A DNA stretch of 64,000 nucleotides from Octopus sinensis (taxonomy: Eukaryota). The stretch is from assembly GCF_006345805.1 (NCBI RefSeq), contig NC_042997.1:101618001-101682000 (forward strand), in the 5' to 3' direction. The notes beneath the pieces were generated by a model. It saw only the letters and a program-made list of their open reading frames with translations, did not search any database and was not told the DNA's origin. The stretch's first letter is position 1. Every line of letters begins with the position of its first letter. Below are positions 23,405 to 36,563 of the stretch, one piece after another. The position numbers and the translations under genes are program-made.

Positions 23405-24508
23405 TATATATATATATGTGTACACGATTATGTATACAATATATAGAGAGAGATGTGTGTGTGCATGTATGTATCAATATTCATGTAAATATATATTATG
23501 GAGTTTGTTATGTCTGGGACTGTAAATTTTGTTTGACAGTTATTCAAACTGAAAATTATTTTCTTCCCAATGTTTCTGTAGAGAAGGTTGACAAGCTTCT
23601 TTATATAAAATGTTTCCAGCCTTATAGTTTAACTAGTTTATTTCCACAGATCTAATTCCTTAGCAGTCCTGTTTCACACTTGATTGGTTGTTGAACTTTA
23701 TTGCCTCTATGTAATTCTTTTTTTCTTTTTTCTTTCTTTATCATTTCTTACTTCCTTCTGTCTTTCCTTCACTTATCTCTGAAGTTGATTATCTGACATT
23801 TGAACTTTTTTTATCAATTTCTACTAACCGTAAAATAAAATCTCCTATTTCGAATATTAACTATTGTAGCTCACCACCTGAGCAATGTTCCTCCTTTTTA
23901 AAGAAGCTTTTCATCCTTTCTTATATAAATATTGGAATGAAAATTTTCTTTGTTGGTTGAATAAGACTCAGACAAAGCAAATCTTGTGGTAAATTTTGCT
24001 CTACTTTCAGTATTGAGCTTTCAGTAAATGTTCTGTTTTCTTAAAGTTACTTTAACATAAACACAGGGTATCACATACATATGTATATGTATGTCTTAAC
24101 CATGTGGTTCAGTCCCATTGTATAATATCTTTGTAAAGTGTGTTGCTCTGTAATCCTAAGTAGATAAATGTCTTAGAAGTGGATTTGGAAGATGGAAACT
24201 ACAATGCCTACCATGTATAAATACATATATGTGTGTGTGTTTGTATGCATATATGCCTGTATAAATATTCATATTCTACACACTTCACATGTAAAAACCA
24301 GTGACGTATAAGCAGTGAAAATTGTTGTCATTTCCCAGTCAACAAATTTTCTGCTGGCTCTGTGCTTTTGAAGGCAAAGCAGTATGAAAATCCCTTACTT
24401 GAAAAGCAGGTAAGCATTAGCAACAAAGACAATATCTGTCTGCAAAACAATGCTTCAATTATATATACTCACCTAATATATGCTAGCATGAGAAAATGGA
24501 TGTAAAAC

Positions 24509-24553
<45 letters not shown>

Positions 24554-25220
24554 TATATATGAATATATATTTTTTTGATGGTATCCCAGCATGGCTGCAG
24601 TCTAATGTTTGAAACAAGTAAAAGATCATTTTTATTATATATATATATATACACACACATATATGTGCATATATATATATATATATACATACACACATGT
24701 GTGTGTGTGTTTATACATATAAACACACATGCATGCACAAATATAAAACACTAATTAACAACAACACCATTTCACATGCAATTTGATAAAAAATGAGAAT
24801 TAATTACAAAATATAAACCTGTGCAAACACAGGTACCACATACATAAAATAAATCATAGGATGTAACAAAACTTTAAGTAAATATAATTTTTTAATCTGC
24901 TATTGATGATTTTATCAACTAAAATAGAGTTCCCATGAGATAATGGAATCTACAGCATAGCCAACAGCAACACGGCACTTTTGCCAAAACTATAATTCAA
25001 AGGCAGGACTGTGGAGGTTAAAAATTTGACTGCACCAACAGATCAAAAGAAGCTGTTGTTCCATTTTAAACATAGGAAACTAATAAGGAAATATAAAACA
25101 TGCGTAATAAAAAAACAATCATGCTCAAATATAGTTGTGTCTTTAATATACTTTGAAAAATGATATATTCTCAGTAAAAAGAATAAAAAATATTTTCTTA
25201 ATAAAAAAGAACTTAGTCTA

Positions 25221-25459
25221 ATTTTCACATTTTATTATTTGCGATTTTATAATTTTAAAATATTGAAATAAACTAGTACTTTCTTGCATTATGGAATCGT
25301 CAGATTTATGTGGTGACAGTCATGTTCCACACTTGACAACTATCAATTGTGGAACACAACTGTCACTACATAAACCTGACAATTGCATAGCACATGAAAG
25401 CACTAGTTTATTTCAATATTGTGGAATTGTAAAAATTGCAAATAATAAAATGTGAAAAT
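25221..25459. repeat. Foldback (hairpin) element, ~115-bp imperfect arms, tiny loop
   Basis: attttcacattttattatttgcg...tgttccaca is mirrored by tgtggaaca...gcaaaaataataaaatgtgaaaat. Confidence 0.85.
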
Positions 25460-25487
25460 CAAACTAAGCTGGAATTTCATTGAATAA

Positions 25488-25520
<33 letters not shown>

Positions 25521-26650
25521 ATACGTGTGTGTATGTATGTATATACGTGTGTGTGTGTTATATATGTATGTATACACATATGTGTGTGTCCATATTTGTA
25601 TGTATACGTGTGAAGTAAATTTCAGTATTGCTGGAAATAGAAGATTAAATCTGTTAAATAGCACGGGCATGGAATATTTCCATTCAAAACTCTGAGTTTC
25701 TCAGTGATATATTCATTACTCCCTATTGTTCATCAGCTGTTGCAAGCATACTAATACAGTTTTTCTCCTGTATTAAACATACTTGCAACAGCTGATAACC
25801 AATTATGAGTATTGAATAAATTGCTGTCAAGAAACTCAAAATTCTGAATGTAAGTGTTCCATGCCAGTGTTATTGAATATATGTATGTGTGTATATATAT
25901 ATATATAGACACATATACATATATAGCTTGTATGTAGATTATTGAAACATGAGTCATGAGAGAAACATACACTAAACATTCATGTGTTGAGCACTCCCAT
26001 TCGTTTTACACAACTAAATGTTCGAGTGTATGCTAGCTGAGTGGTTAAGCAGGTCACTTCCTGGCCTTGTGGTTTGGGTTCAGTTACACCCTGTGACACT
26101 TTCAGCCTATCTCTTCCACTGTAGCCCCGATCTAAACAAAGTCTTGTGAGTGGGATTAGTTGTGTGTGTGTGTGTGTTTTTGTATCCCCTTGTCATGAAT
26201 TATTTGTAACATGCAGCATCACTGTCAAACAAGTAATGCTGGTTTCCTATCTTCCATGAAAACATGTCCAGCCAAGGGAAAATATTTCCTCATTTAGAAA
26301 CAGGTGAGTGTTGGGGAGTGGAAGTGCATCCAGCGGTAGAAAATCTGCCTCAACAAATTAAGCATGGATCGTTAAAATATAAAACAAAATTATATATATA
26401 AACATATATATTTGTGTGTGTGTATAAATATATAGACGTATGTGTATGTATATATATGAATATATACAAATAATCAGAAAATGGAGAAAACCTCAGATTA
26501 ACAAACATCAACTGGACCACATTTATAGCTTATTTTTTAATACAAAGTATCACATAACAAATCTATGAATATATATATATATATGTATGTGTTTATATGT
26601 ATAAATATATGTGTATATATATTCATGTATTTATGGTTAGATTATATATT

Positions 26651-27128
26651 GGTCATGTGATGCATATGGACAAGGAAAACTGCATAAAGAAGTTCTAAGC
26701 TCTAAATGTGGAGGGAACCTGTGGAAGGGGTAGATCCAGGAAGATGTGAGACAAAGTGGTGAGAAAGGATCTTTAGACACTTGGCCTCATTGAGAAAATG
26801 ACAAGGGACCAGGAGTTGTGGCAATTTACTGTATTTGAGAAGATGTGTAAAGCTTAGTAAAATCATGGTCATACATTCTTGTCTTTTACAGATTGCCAGT
26901 GCCATGTAAAATGCACTTGTACCTGTGCTGTGTAGAAGCACCCATGCTAATGGCACGTAAAATGCACTCAATATACTCTGCAAAGTGGTTGACCTTAGGA
27001 ATGGCATCCAGCCATAGAAACCATGCCACAACAGACAATTGGAGTCTGGACAGCTTCCTGGCTGGTCAGCTCCTGTCTAACCATCCAATCCATGCCAGCA
27101 TGGAAAACAGACATTAAATGATGATGAT
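26651..27128 (+). mobile_element. RTE LINE 3' end (ORF C-terminus, 3' UTR, (GAT)n tail)
   Basis: GHVMHMDKENCIKK..VEGTCGRGRSRK..KVVRKDL..LGL..MTRDQELW, followed by the shared tail. Confidence 0.8.
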
Positions 27129-29039
27129 ATATGCACATATATATTTTATCTTTCACTTGTTTAGTCAAACAAATCAACCCCAGTACTTATTTTTAGATCT
27201 GTACTTATTCTATTGGTCTCTTAGAATAGTTACAATGCAAAATGTTGATAGTATGCATAAATTTAACACACATGTTTCCAGTAGTTAAATAAGATAACCA
27301 TTACATAATACTATCTTCAGTTGACATTTCAAAATATGAAGGTAAATAAGGAATTGGCCTTATATGTTGTGGTTGTTCAGATTGTTGAAGAAAAGCCACT
27401 AAAAGCAAAGAATGAGTGAGAGAAGGAGGTAAAGAGAAAAAGGTAAGTAGGGAAAGATAAAGTGATATAAGAGAATGTGTGAATGAGGGAATATATATAA
27501 ATAAGAAAATAAATATCAAATAGGCTATAAACCTCTGTTCCTAAGAATAGTAAAACAAGAAAGGAAAAAAGTTATATATATATATAGGAAAAATAATGTT
27601 AAACACATTATGCAGATTATATCCCATGTTCCTTATGTATATTTCATCCGTGTGGTTATTTTGTGGTTCTCTGCCATAAGCATTCTGGGTGCAATTAGAT
27701 ATTGAACCACCACAGTTCAGAGAAATATTTTATTGCATTATGTTACGTACTTGAAATCAATTAGATGGCAAGACTTTTCCATATATATATGTATATATAC
27801 ACACACACACACATGCTTATACATCACATACTTACAAAGATTCACATACACAAATGTTGGCATACATACATATACTCTCAGACCAAATGTACGCATTACA
27901 CACTCGTGTAAGCTTTCTGATATCTATATCAATCATATTATGGTTAAATGGTGTGTATATTGAAAACAGGGAATGGAAATGCAAATGGTCTTAACATAGG
28001 TGTTCCATCTAGTATTATGAGTAGAATAACCAGGCGTGTGAATAAAAAATTCAACATAGATTATAACAAGAAATATGATAAGTGAGTTAAATAAAAAAAA
28101 AATGTATTTGGTTCGAAAGATTTTTGATGTGAACTTGAGTATTGAAGCATATTTTGTTTTTCAGAAGATACAATAATAAATGCGCACTAGTTTGATTTCA
28201 TTTCTTTATTATTATTTGTCTTGATAAGCTATTTAACTAATTAATTGTTTGTTTAATCATTTAGTTAATCAATTAATCAGCTGGTTAAATATTCAAGTAG
28301 CTAACCAATTGATGATTGATAAAGAAAAAAACATGAAATTGAAATAGTGTGTGCATTTTCATTGGTGTAGTGATCCGCCTTATAACAAAATAAAATTATA
28401 TAAAGAAAACTAAGATAAGATAAAGTGAAGGCAAGAAATAAAAGAATGATGAAAATAGAATATTGTGCCAAATAAAATTTTGAAAAATATGAATTAAGAA
28501 ATAGGATGTAATTAGAATATAAATATGATACAAGAAGTCCAGATCAAAGCATAAATGATATTTTCATGAGTTACCTTATTTGATATATAGATCTAAGAGT
28601 ATCTGGAAAAAATTATATATCAGGAATATCTAAATGTATGCATATACATATATATATGTGTGTGTGCATATGTGTACATATATGTATATATGTGTGTATG
28701 CATATGTGTACATATATGTATATATGTGTGTGTGCATATGTGTACATATATGTATATATGTGTGTGTTCATATATAATTGTATACATATGTATATTTCTA
28801 TATGTGCATATGTATGTATGTATGTATATTGACAGTAGGAAGGACATCTAGCTTCAGAAACCATGCCAAAGCAAACAGTAGAGCATGGTGCAGTGTTCTG
28901 ACTTTCCACCTCCTGTCCATGCCTGCCAACATGAAAAGCAGATATTAAATGAAGACAATGGTGATGTGTGTATGAATATGTATATGTGTATATATCTAAA
29001 TATATAAATAAATGTATACATATATTTATATACACCCAA

Positions 29040-29490
29040 ACATGTATATGTATATATATATATGGAATATGCTTGAGAAGACCTGTTGAGTCAAGTAAAA
29101 GCAATATCGTAGCTGTGGCCAGTTCCCTTTCACTAGCTCCTGTGCCGATAGCATGTAAAAAGACCATCCAAATGTGGTCAATGCTAGGTCCATCTGAACA
29201 TGGCCAATGCCAGTACCCCCTGACTGGCCCCCATGCCAGTGATTCATAAAAAGCACTATCCAAACGTGATCAATGTCAGGCCTGCCTGACTGGTTCCTGT
29301 GCCAGTGGTATGTAAAAAGCACCCATTACACTCTCAGAGTGGTTGGCATTAGGAAGAACATCTAGCAGTAGAAACATTGCCAGATCAGATTGGAGCCTGG
29401 TGCAGCTGCTGGCTCTCCAGACCTCAATCAAACCATCCAAACCATGCCAGCATGGAAAATGGATGCCAAACTATGATGGTGATGATGTGT
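29040..29490 (+). mobile_element. RTE-type 3' UTR with tandem subunits
   Basis: Homologous to 7640-8105. Confidence 0.7.
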
Positions 29491-30105
29491 GTGTGTGCAT
29501 TTACGTATTTATATGTATGGATATATAGATGCTCATGTGCATAAATACATATATGTGTGTGTGTGTATCAATCATCTTCATCATTTTATCTGTAGTTCAC
29601 CATGCAAGCATGGGTCAGATGAGGTTATGTTGAAGAAAAATTTTCTACAGCTGGATGCCAAACACCCAACTCTTTCCAAGCAAGGAAATAATACATTAAT
29701 CAATCAAACAGTGAATATCTTTACATGCTATGGTGAAGAATGCAAACAAACTATACCATTTGTATGAACAGTGAAGTTTTGGTTCCATTATTTAACACAC
29801 ACACATGCACATATACATACACTGATATATATATTACATTCATATATATATAAACATCAAGATGCGAAGCCACCAGTGAGCATTAAGAGTCATGAGTATC
29901 AAAATGTGAAATCATTGATGATCTGGCTCTATCTGTTGCTTTCTTTGTCAGTCATTAAGATAGTGCTTCTATGGCTATTGAGTGGTTTTTGACTCTTATT
30001 TCTACTGCTTGTCAGTGCCATTTGTCACTATAGTGCCATATATATTTCTACCTTTAGGTTGTAAAAATTGCAAATTAGCCGACCATATTATTTATAACAT
30101 TCATG

Positions 30106-30140
<35 letters not shown>

Positions 30141-30336
30141 ATTTGTGTATATATATATATATATATATAAAATTTGACGCTGCTTACCAAAAACCATCAC
30201 ATATATATATATATATGTGTGTGTGATGGCTTTTGGTAAGCAGCATCAAATTTTACAATTCTGTAAATGATAATAATAATACTTTATAAGCGATCACCAT
30301 GTAATGACTAAAGAAAATAGTCTAATAATAATAATA

Positions 30337-30367
<31 letters not shown>

Positions 30368-30599
30368 ATAATATATATATATATATGTTTTTAACAATAA
30401 TTGGCAGAAGTTACAGAGTGACTCAAGGAATGAGAGTTTCATGCATTAGCACAACCAAACATTAATAAAACACATATATACACTCATGTTTTGAGTTCTA
30501 TTTTGCCTGTTTGAATCACAAGCTAAGTAAAATCGCGGCCATCTGTGCATTCAGGCATGCCCTCTACGCCTCTCTCTTAGTTGAGAGGTTCCTAGTTTT

Positions 30600-31190
30600 A
30601 CAGGCCTGTTGGATGTTGTTGCCATGTAAAAGCACCCATGCCAGTGTCACATAAATGTGTCAATACCAGTGCCTCATAAAAGAAACTATGCCAGTGTCGG
30701 TGCTATGTTAAAGCCACCCGGTACACTTCGTAAAGAGGTTGGTGTTAGAAAAACCATCCAGCTGTGAAAATCATGCCAAAACAGACAAAATGAAACCCAG
30801 GCAGCTCTCCAGATAACCAGCTTCTGTCAAACCATCCAGCCTATACCAGCATGGAGAACAGATGTTAAATGATGATGATGATGATATATATATATATATC
30901 ATCATCATCATCATCATCGTTTAACGTCCGCATCATTGTTTAACATCTGTTTTCCATGCTGGCATGGGCTGGACGGTTGGTCTGGGAACCCAGGAAGTTG
31001 CACCAGGCTCCAGTCTGATCTGGCAATGTTTCTACAGCTAGCTTCCCTTCCTAATGCCAACCACTCTGAGAGTGTAGTGGGTGCTTTTTACATGCCACCA
31101 ACACAGGAGCTATAGGGGATTGGCAACAACCACGATTGGTTGGTGCTTTTTACGTACCACCAGCGCAGGGGACAGTCAAGGTGGCAATAT
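30600..31190. mobile_element. Two RTE-type 3' ends, tail-to-tail (+ 30600-30885, - 30895-31190)
   Basis: (GAT)n and (CAT)n tails face each other across a short (TA)n. Confidence 0.7.
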
Positions 31191-31194
31191 ATAT

Positions 31195-31580
31195 ATACAG
31201 GTGCAGGCGTGGCTGTGTGGTAAGAAGCTTGCTTCCTAACTACATAGTTCTGGGTTCATTCCTACTGCATGGCACCTTGGGCAAGTGTCTTCTACTATAG
31301 CCTCAGGCTGGCTAAAGCCTCCTGCATGGATTTGGTAGATGGAAACTGAAAGAAACCCATTGTATGTATATATATGAGTGTGTGTGTATGTCTTTGTGAG
31401 TCTGTGTTTGCCCCCCCCCCACTCCATGACTGCTTGACAACTGGTGGTGGTGTGTTTTCATCCCCAAAATTTAGTGGTTCAGCAAAAGAGACTGGTAGAA
31501 TAAGTACTAAGCTTAAAAAGATAAGCGTTAGGGTTAAATTGTTTGTCTTAAACCCTTCAAGGTGATGCTACAGTCAAATA
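31195..31580 (+). mobile_element. SINE family B, 3' end cut off by the GC-rich island
   Basis: Head ggtgcaggcgtggctgtgtggtaagaagcttgc; tail stops at acagtcaaat. Confidence 0.8.
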
Positions 31581-31768
31581 ACCAATCGGCCGGTTCAGGG
31601 GCGGCGAATCCGCGCCCGTCCCTTCTGGTCACGACGATACGGTCGGCCTTCCACATTGGTCGCGGCGCAAATATTAGACTGAGACCAACGCGTACGGGCC
31701 ATCGCAGCAGCCGCCACGCCTTCCGCGCACGGGTCCTAGGCGTGCGGCGGCTTCACGCCCTTCGATTT
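31581..31768. other. CpG-rich (~65% GC) island of unknown origin
   Basis: Hand count 124 G+C in 31581-31770 and about 28 CpG; single copy in the window; no convincing ORF. Confidence 0.8.
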
Positions 31769-31924
31769 GAGTGGTTGGCGTTAGGAAGGGCATCCAGCCG
31801 TAGAAACACTGCCAGATCAGACTGGGCCTGATGCAGCCTTCTGGCTTCACAGACCCCAGTTGAACCATCCAACCCATGCTAGCATGGAAAACGGACGCTA
31901 AATGATGATGATGATGATGATGAT
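31769..31924 (+). mobile_element. Young RTE-type 3' tail with (ATG)n
   Basis: gagtggttggcgttaggaagggcatccagccgtag...aacggacgctaa(atg)n; CpGs retained. Confidence 0.8.
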
Positions 31925-32133
31925 AGTTAATCCAAACATGAAAGCACAAAAGAAAAACAACAACGCGAGGACGTGTAACAAATATAGTATTATTGTACAC
32001 TCAGGAAAGAAGGAGGGTTTAACGTTTCGAGCGGAGCTCTTCATCGGAAACATAGGAGAAGGAAAGGTCCAGAGAAGGGAAGACAGAAGAAAAAAATCGC
32101 CGACAGTACACACGCGGTCACATTTTGAATGAC

Positions 32134-32137
<4 letters not shown>
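31925..32137 (-). mobile_element. Penelope-type terminal-repeat-like fragment carrying a hammerhead-like motif
   Basis: Minus strand gttt-ccgatga-a-gagc-tcc-gctc-gaaac-gtt-aaac (32017-32051); related decayed motif next to the Penelope RT relic at 48354-48386. Confidence 0.55.
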
Positions 32138-32172
<35 letters not shown>

Positions 32173-32389
32173 CACTATATAAAGCAGACTATCAGATGTT
32201 GTTATACACAGCTAGTCACAATGTTATTCAATTTTGTTGCAGCTTTCAGATTATGCCACACTATTGGCCAGGCAGGTAGGCCAACATTTTCTTGATCAGA
32301 ATGATAGTCCATCATGTGTTTTGTTCACAATGCTCTACTGATCTGAAACCACTAGATCCTGTATGTATATATATATATTTATATATATG

Positions 32390-32735
32390 CCAATGCATGG
32401 CACCTTGGTTAAGTGTCTTCTACTATAGCTTCAGACCAACCAAAGTCCTGTGACTGGATTTGGTAGATGGAAACTGAAAGAAGCCCAACGTATATATAAA
32501 TATATATGTGTGTTTTTGTGTTTGTTTTTCCCCACCACTGCTTGACAACTGGTGTTGATGTGTTTATGTCCTCATAACCTAGTAGATCAGCAAAAGAAAC
32601 TGATAGCATATGTACCAGGCTTTAAAAACACACACAAAAAATAAAGGACTGGAATGAATTCATTTGACTAAGAATTCTTCAAGGGGGTGCCCCAGCATGG
32701 CTGAAGTCCAATGATGGAAACAAGTGAGAGATAAA
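32390..32735 (+). mobile_element. SINE family B, headless
   Basis: Core caccttggttaagtgtcttc through tail cccagcatggctgaagtc. Confidence 0.75.
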
Positions 32736-33039
32736 TGACAAAAAGATATATACTGAAGAAGAAGTTACCAAAATAACAACAAGATGGGGTTTGTTTGTTT
32801 TTAAAATTATCAGATTGACTCACAGGGAAGTGGAAAGTATTGTTAAGATGTTTCTGAAAGTGTCCTTCAGAATATTGTGCCAAGGTGAAGAAAGGCTGAA
32901 AAAAGAAAGGAAGAGAGAGAAAAAAAAATTAAAGTGCAATATTGCCATCCTAACAAAAGAAGCAATGTGAAATTAATAATGATGGTCATGTGTGTGTTTG
33001 CGTGTATAACATGTACATATATAACTGGCATTCTCTCAG

Positions 33040-33320
33040 TTACAACAATGAGGCTTCCAGTTGATCTGATCAAAGGAACAGCCTGCTCATGAAATTAATG
33101 TGAAAGTGGCTGAGCATTCCACAGACACATGTGCCCTTAACATAGTTCTTGGGGTGATTCAGTGGGACACAGAATACATGTACTAATTTTTGCCAGCTGA
33201 GTGGACTAGAGCAACAAGAAATAAAGTGTCTTGCTCAAGGATATAGTGCGTTGCCAGGAATTGAACTCACAACCTTATGAGCCAAATACCTGAACCACTA
33301 AGCCATGCGCCTTCACTCAT
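33040..33320 (-). mobile_element. SINE with family-A head and a different body
   Basis: gagtggactagagcaac, gtgtcttgctcaagg and gaattgaactc shared with family A in reverse orientation. Confidence 0.55.
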
Positions 33321-34304
33321 ATATATGTGTGTGTGTGTGTGTATACATAAATGTCAAACAATGAGAATGAGTGTTCATTGGTGAATAAAAATTATTTGTG
33401 TATTAAGGCTACTATTGGTTTCATGTTAAGAAAACTATTTTAATATCTTAACAATTTTTCAAGCTGATCCCATGGAGAATGGTGTTCCTACATTTTAGAT
33501 GAAAACACCAAAATGGAAACAGACATTTTTTTAACATAAAACCAGTGGTAGCATTAATACACAAATAAAGAAATACATATATATGTATATGTATATATAT
33601 TTTACATGTATATAATATATATATACAAATTTATTTGTCTTATGACTGCTAGTAAGATGAAACAACCAAGTCATTTTCAAACTTTTTCTTAAAAATTTAA
33701 TTGAGAACATTATTATGTATATATATATGTGTGTGTGTGTGTGTATACATGCACATGTGTATATATGTGTGTGTGTATGTGTGTATATATATACATATAT
33801 ATAATATATATAAATTAGAGAAAAACCACTATTATGCAATTCAAACAATGATAGACATAAACCAAATCACAAATAGAAAATAAAATATATTTTAAAACAT
33901 ATTACTAGATCACAAAAAGTACAAAAATGAATAAACAATTTATAATAAGTAATAATATATATATATAATGGCTACCTCTGATGAGTGCAGGGTTACATAA
34001 TCAGACTTACATCTAGTGCAAAACCAGTTGGTAAGATCAGTCATAATGGATATATAATACTGTACTCTTCGATTAAATATATACATACATACATATTTAA
34101 ATATATATATGAATTGATCCTAGGACTTACTTTTAAAGCAAGATAGAATAAGTACCAGGTTTTAAAATGCAAATACTAGGATTAATTCATTCAGCAAAAA
34201 AAAACCTTCAAGGTGATGCCCTAACAGAGCTACAATCAAAAGGCTCAAACAAGCAAAAAATAAAAGATAAATGTGTACATGTATCTTATCTATCTATCTA
34301 TCTA

Positions 34305-34345
<41 letters not shown>

Positions 34346-36052
34346 GTATATATATATATGTCAATCTATCTATCTATATATATATATATATATTAGTTTA
34401 GTAAAATTTAGATTCAGATGAATATGGTACTTAAGTTAAAGGCACCAGAATTTAGTATGGTATTATCCATATGATTCAAAATGGGGTGATTATAATCAAA
34501 ATAAGCAACAAGGATATCCAGAGGTAATGCAGAGGTAATACCTCTGGATATCCTTGTTTCTTATTTTGATATATATATATATATATACATACATATATAT
34601 ACATATATTTATACATACATACACACACACATACCTACACACACAGCAAGAAACATATAAATGTATGTGTATTTATATATTTATCTAGCATCTACCTATC
34701 TATTAACACAAATATACATACCTGAATTATTGCATGGAGATACATGGCATGTTATATAAATCTACCAATTTAATGTATCTTAAAAGCACGAAACTATTAA
34801 TAACACTTTTGTAATTGTGTATATTAAATGTTAGATATATATGTGGCAAGCTTGCAGAATTGTTAGCACACTAGGCAAAGTGCTCGGTGACTGAAACAAG
34901 TAATAAAAATGTGTGTGTGTGTGCATGTATATTTGTGTATATACCAAAGTAAATGCATAAATGAACTTGATTGGCATAAACACATACAAATCTACATTTT
35001 AACGCACACATGTACATATCCTAAACACTCCTCCTCACATAACCATACAGCTCTGCACCTGCCTGAGCATGCTATATGGTGTACCTGTGTGCCTAGTTTG
35101 TAATTTGAAATGAGAAACTTCACAAGCCATTCAGCTTGACCACTAGATGTTCTTTTATCTAGCATAAAGCATTACAAAGTAAAACTTACACACAGACAAA
35201 TCAATAGGACAAATAATATAGCTTCCTTTATACCATATATACATAAATAGATACGTACATACATACACCCATTCATATGTTCATATACACATTAACATGA
35301 TATAACATACACACACTCAATACTCTTCCTCCTATATACTTGTAAATACATGAATAACAAGAGCATAAATCATGCACATTCATACACTAAGTATATTTAC
35401 ACATATGCACATCTACACACAAATACATATATGTGCGAGTGTATGCAGCTACACACACACACACACATACACATACACATACACACACATACACACTCAC
35501 ACACAGCACACTCGTTTGTCAGCACAAGACAGAAACTCAGACATGCATAAAATAGCTCTTTCCAAGAATTTCCTACACTTAATATATGACTGTTTGACGT
35601 CATTCCCGCACACACCATTCATAACCACACCCTCATCACCCAGTACGATTTACACTCCATAACAATATTTGCAACTCACAACAAGCAAACAAACACAAAC
35701 ACACAGACACAATCAATCACAAGCAGTTACCAAAGTAAATAAATTTGCTGATGTACTTTAAGAATGATACATCTAGATGTGTAGCATCATAGATTCTCAA
35801 CTTAAGTGGAGCAAACCAAACATATATGCCGAGCACTATCATGAAAGGTATGTGACTTAAGGCCCTTGAACACATGGGATATTAATCCATTTCAGATGAA
35901 CCTGCCGAAATGGAAGAATCATACCAATATGAGCTCTACACACCACTTGTATTCAGGTTATTTCAGTAATGTCTTCCCAGTTCAACAACCTGCAACACAC
36001 CATACATATGTATTTAAATATATACATTAGTATTTATACATATCTCTCTCTT

Positions 36053-36098
<46 letters not shown>

Positions 36099-36513
36099 TA
36101 TATATATATATATGTATGTATGATTATATGTATAAGTGTAAATATATTTATAAGTATATATTTGAATATTTTATATATAAATATATATATAAAATATTCA
36201 TAGCAATTTCGTTCAGATTCCATACTACTTCAAGTTTCACAGGCCTCCAAAGAGCCTGAGGAGGTTCTGTTAGAGGCCTGCAAAATTAGCATGGAATTCG
36301 AAACAAACTGTTTCAAATATTACATATAACCACTAATAAATGTCTTGAGTGCCCTTTCTTTCATTTGTCCACTCGTTCATACACACACACATACACCCCC
36401 CTCCACACACACACACACATATACATACACTCATAGTCGATTAACTCAAAAGACCCACATTTATCAATGCTTTGTTAGTAAACTAAGTGGATGGAAACAA
36501 AGAGAAAGACTGC

Positions 36514-36551
<38 letters not shown>

Positions 36552-36563
36552 TGTGTGTATTTA

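Noticed and set aside
31587-31740. Cluster of restriction sites (EagI, SspI, BsaI, MluI, BsiWI, AvrII) in the GC island, suggesting a polylinker
   Set aside because: Five 6-bp palindromes in 190 bp is only slightly above expectation and they are not contiguous; the vector hypothesis is left to a UniVec check.
33972-34035. CTGATGA-containing hammerhead-like stretch (similar ones near 23196, 35887 and 48841)
   Set aside because: GAAA box or stem II broken; could be old relics but not supportable individually.
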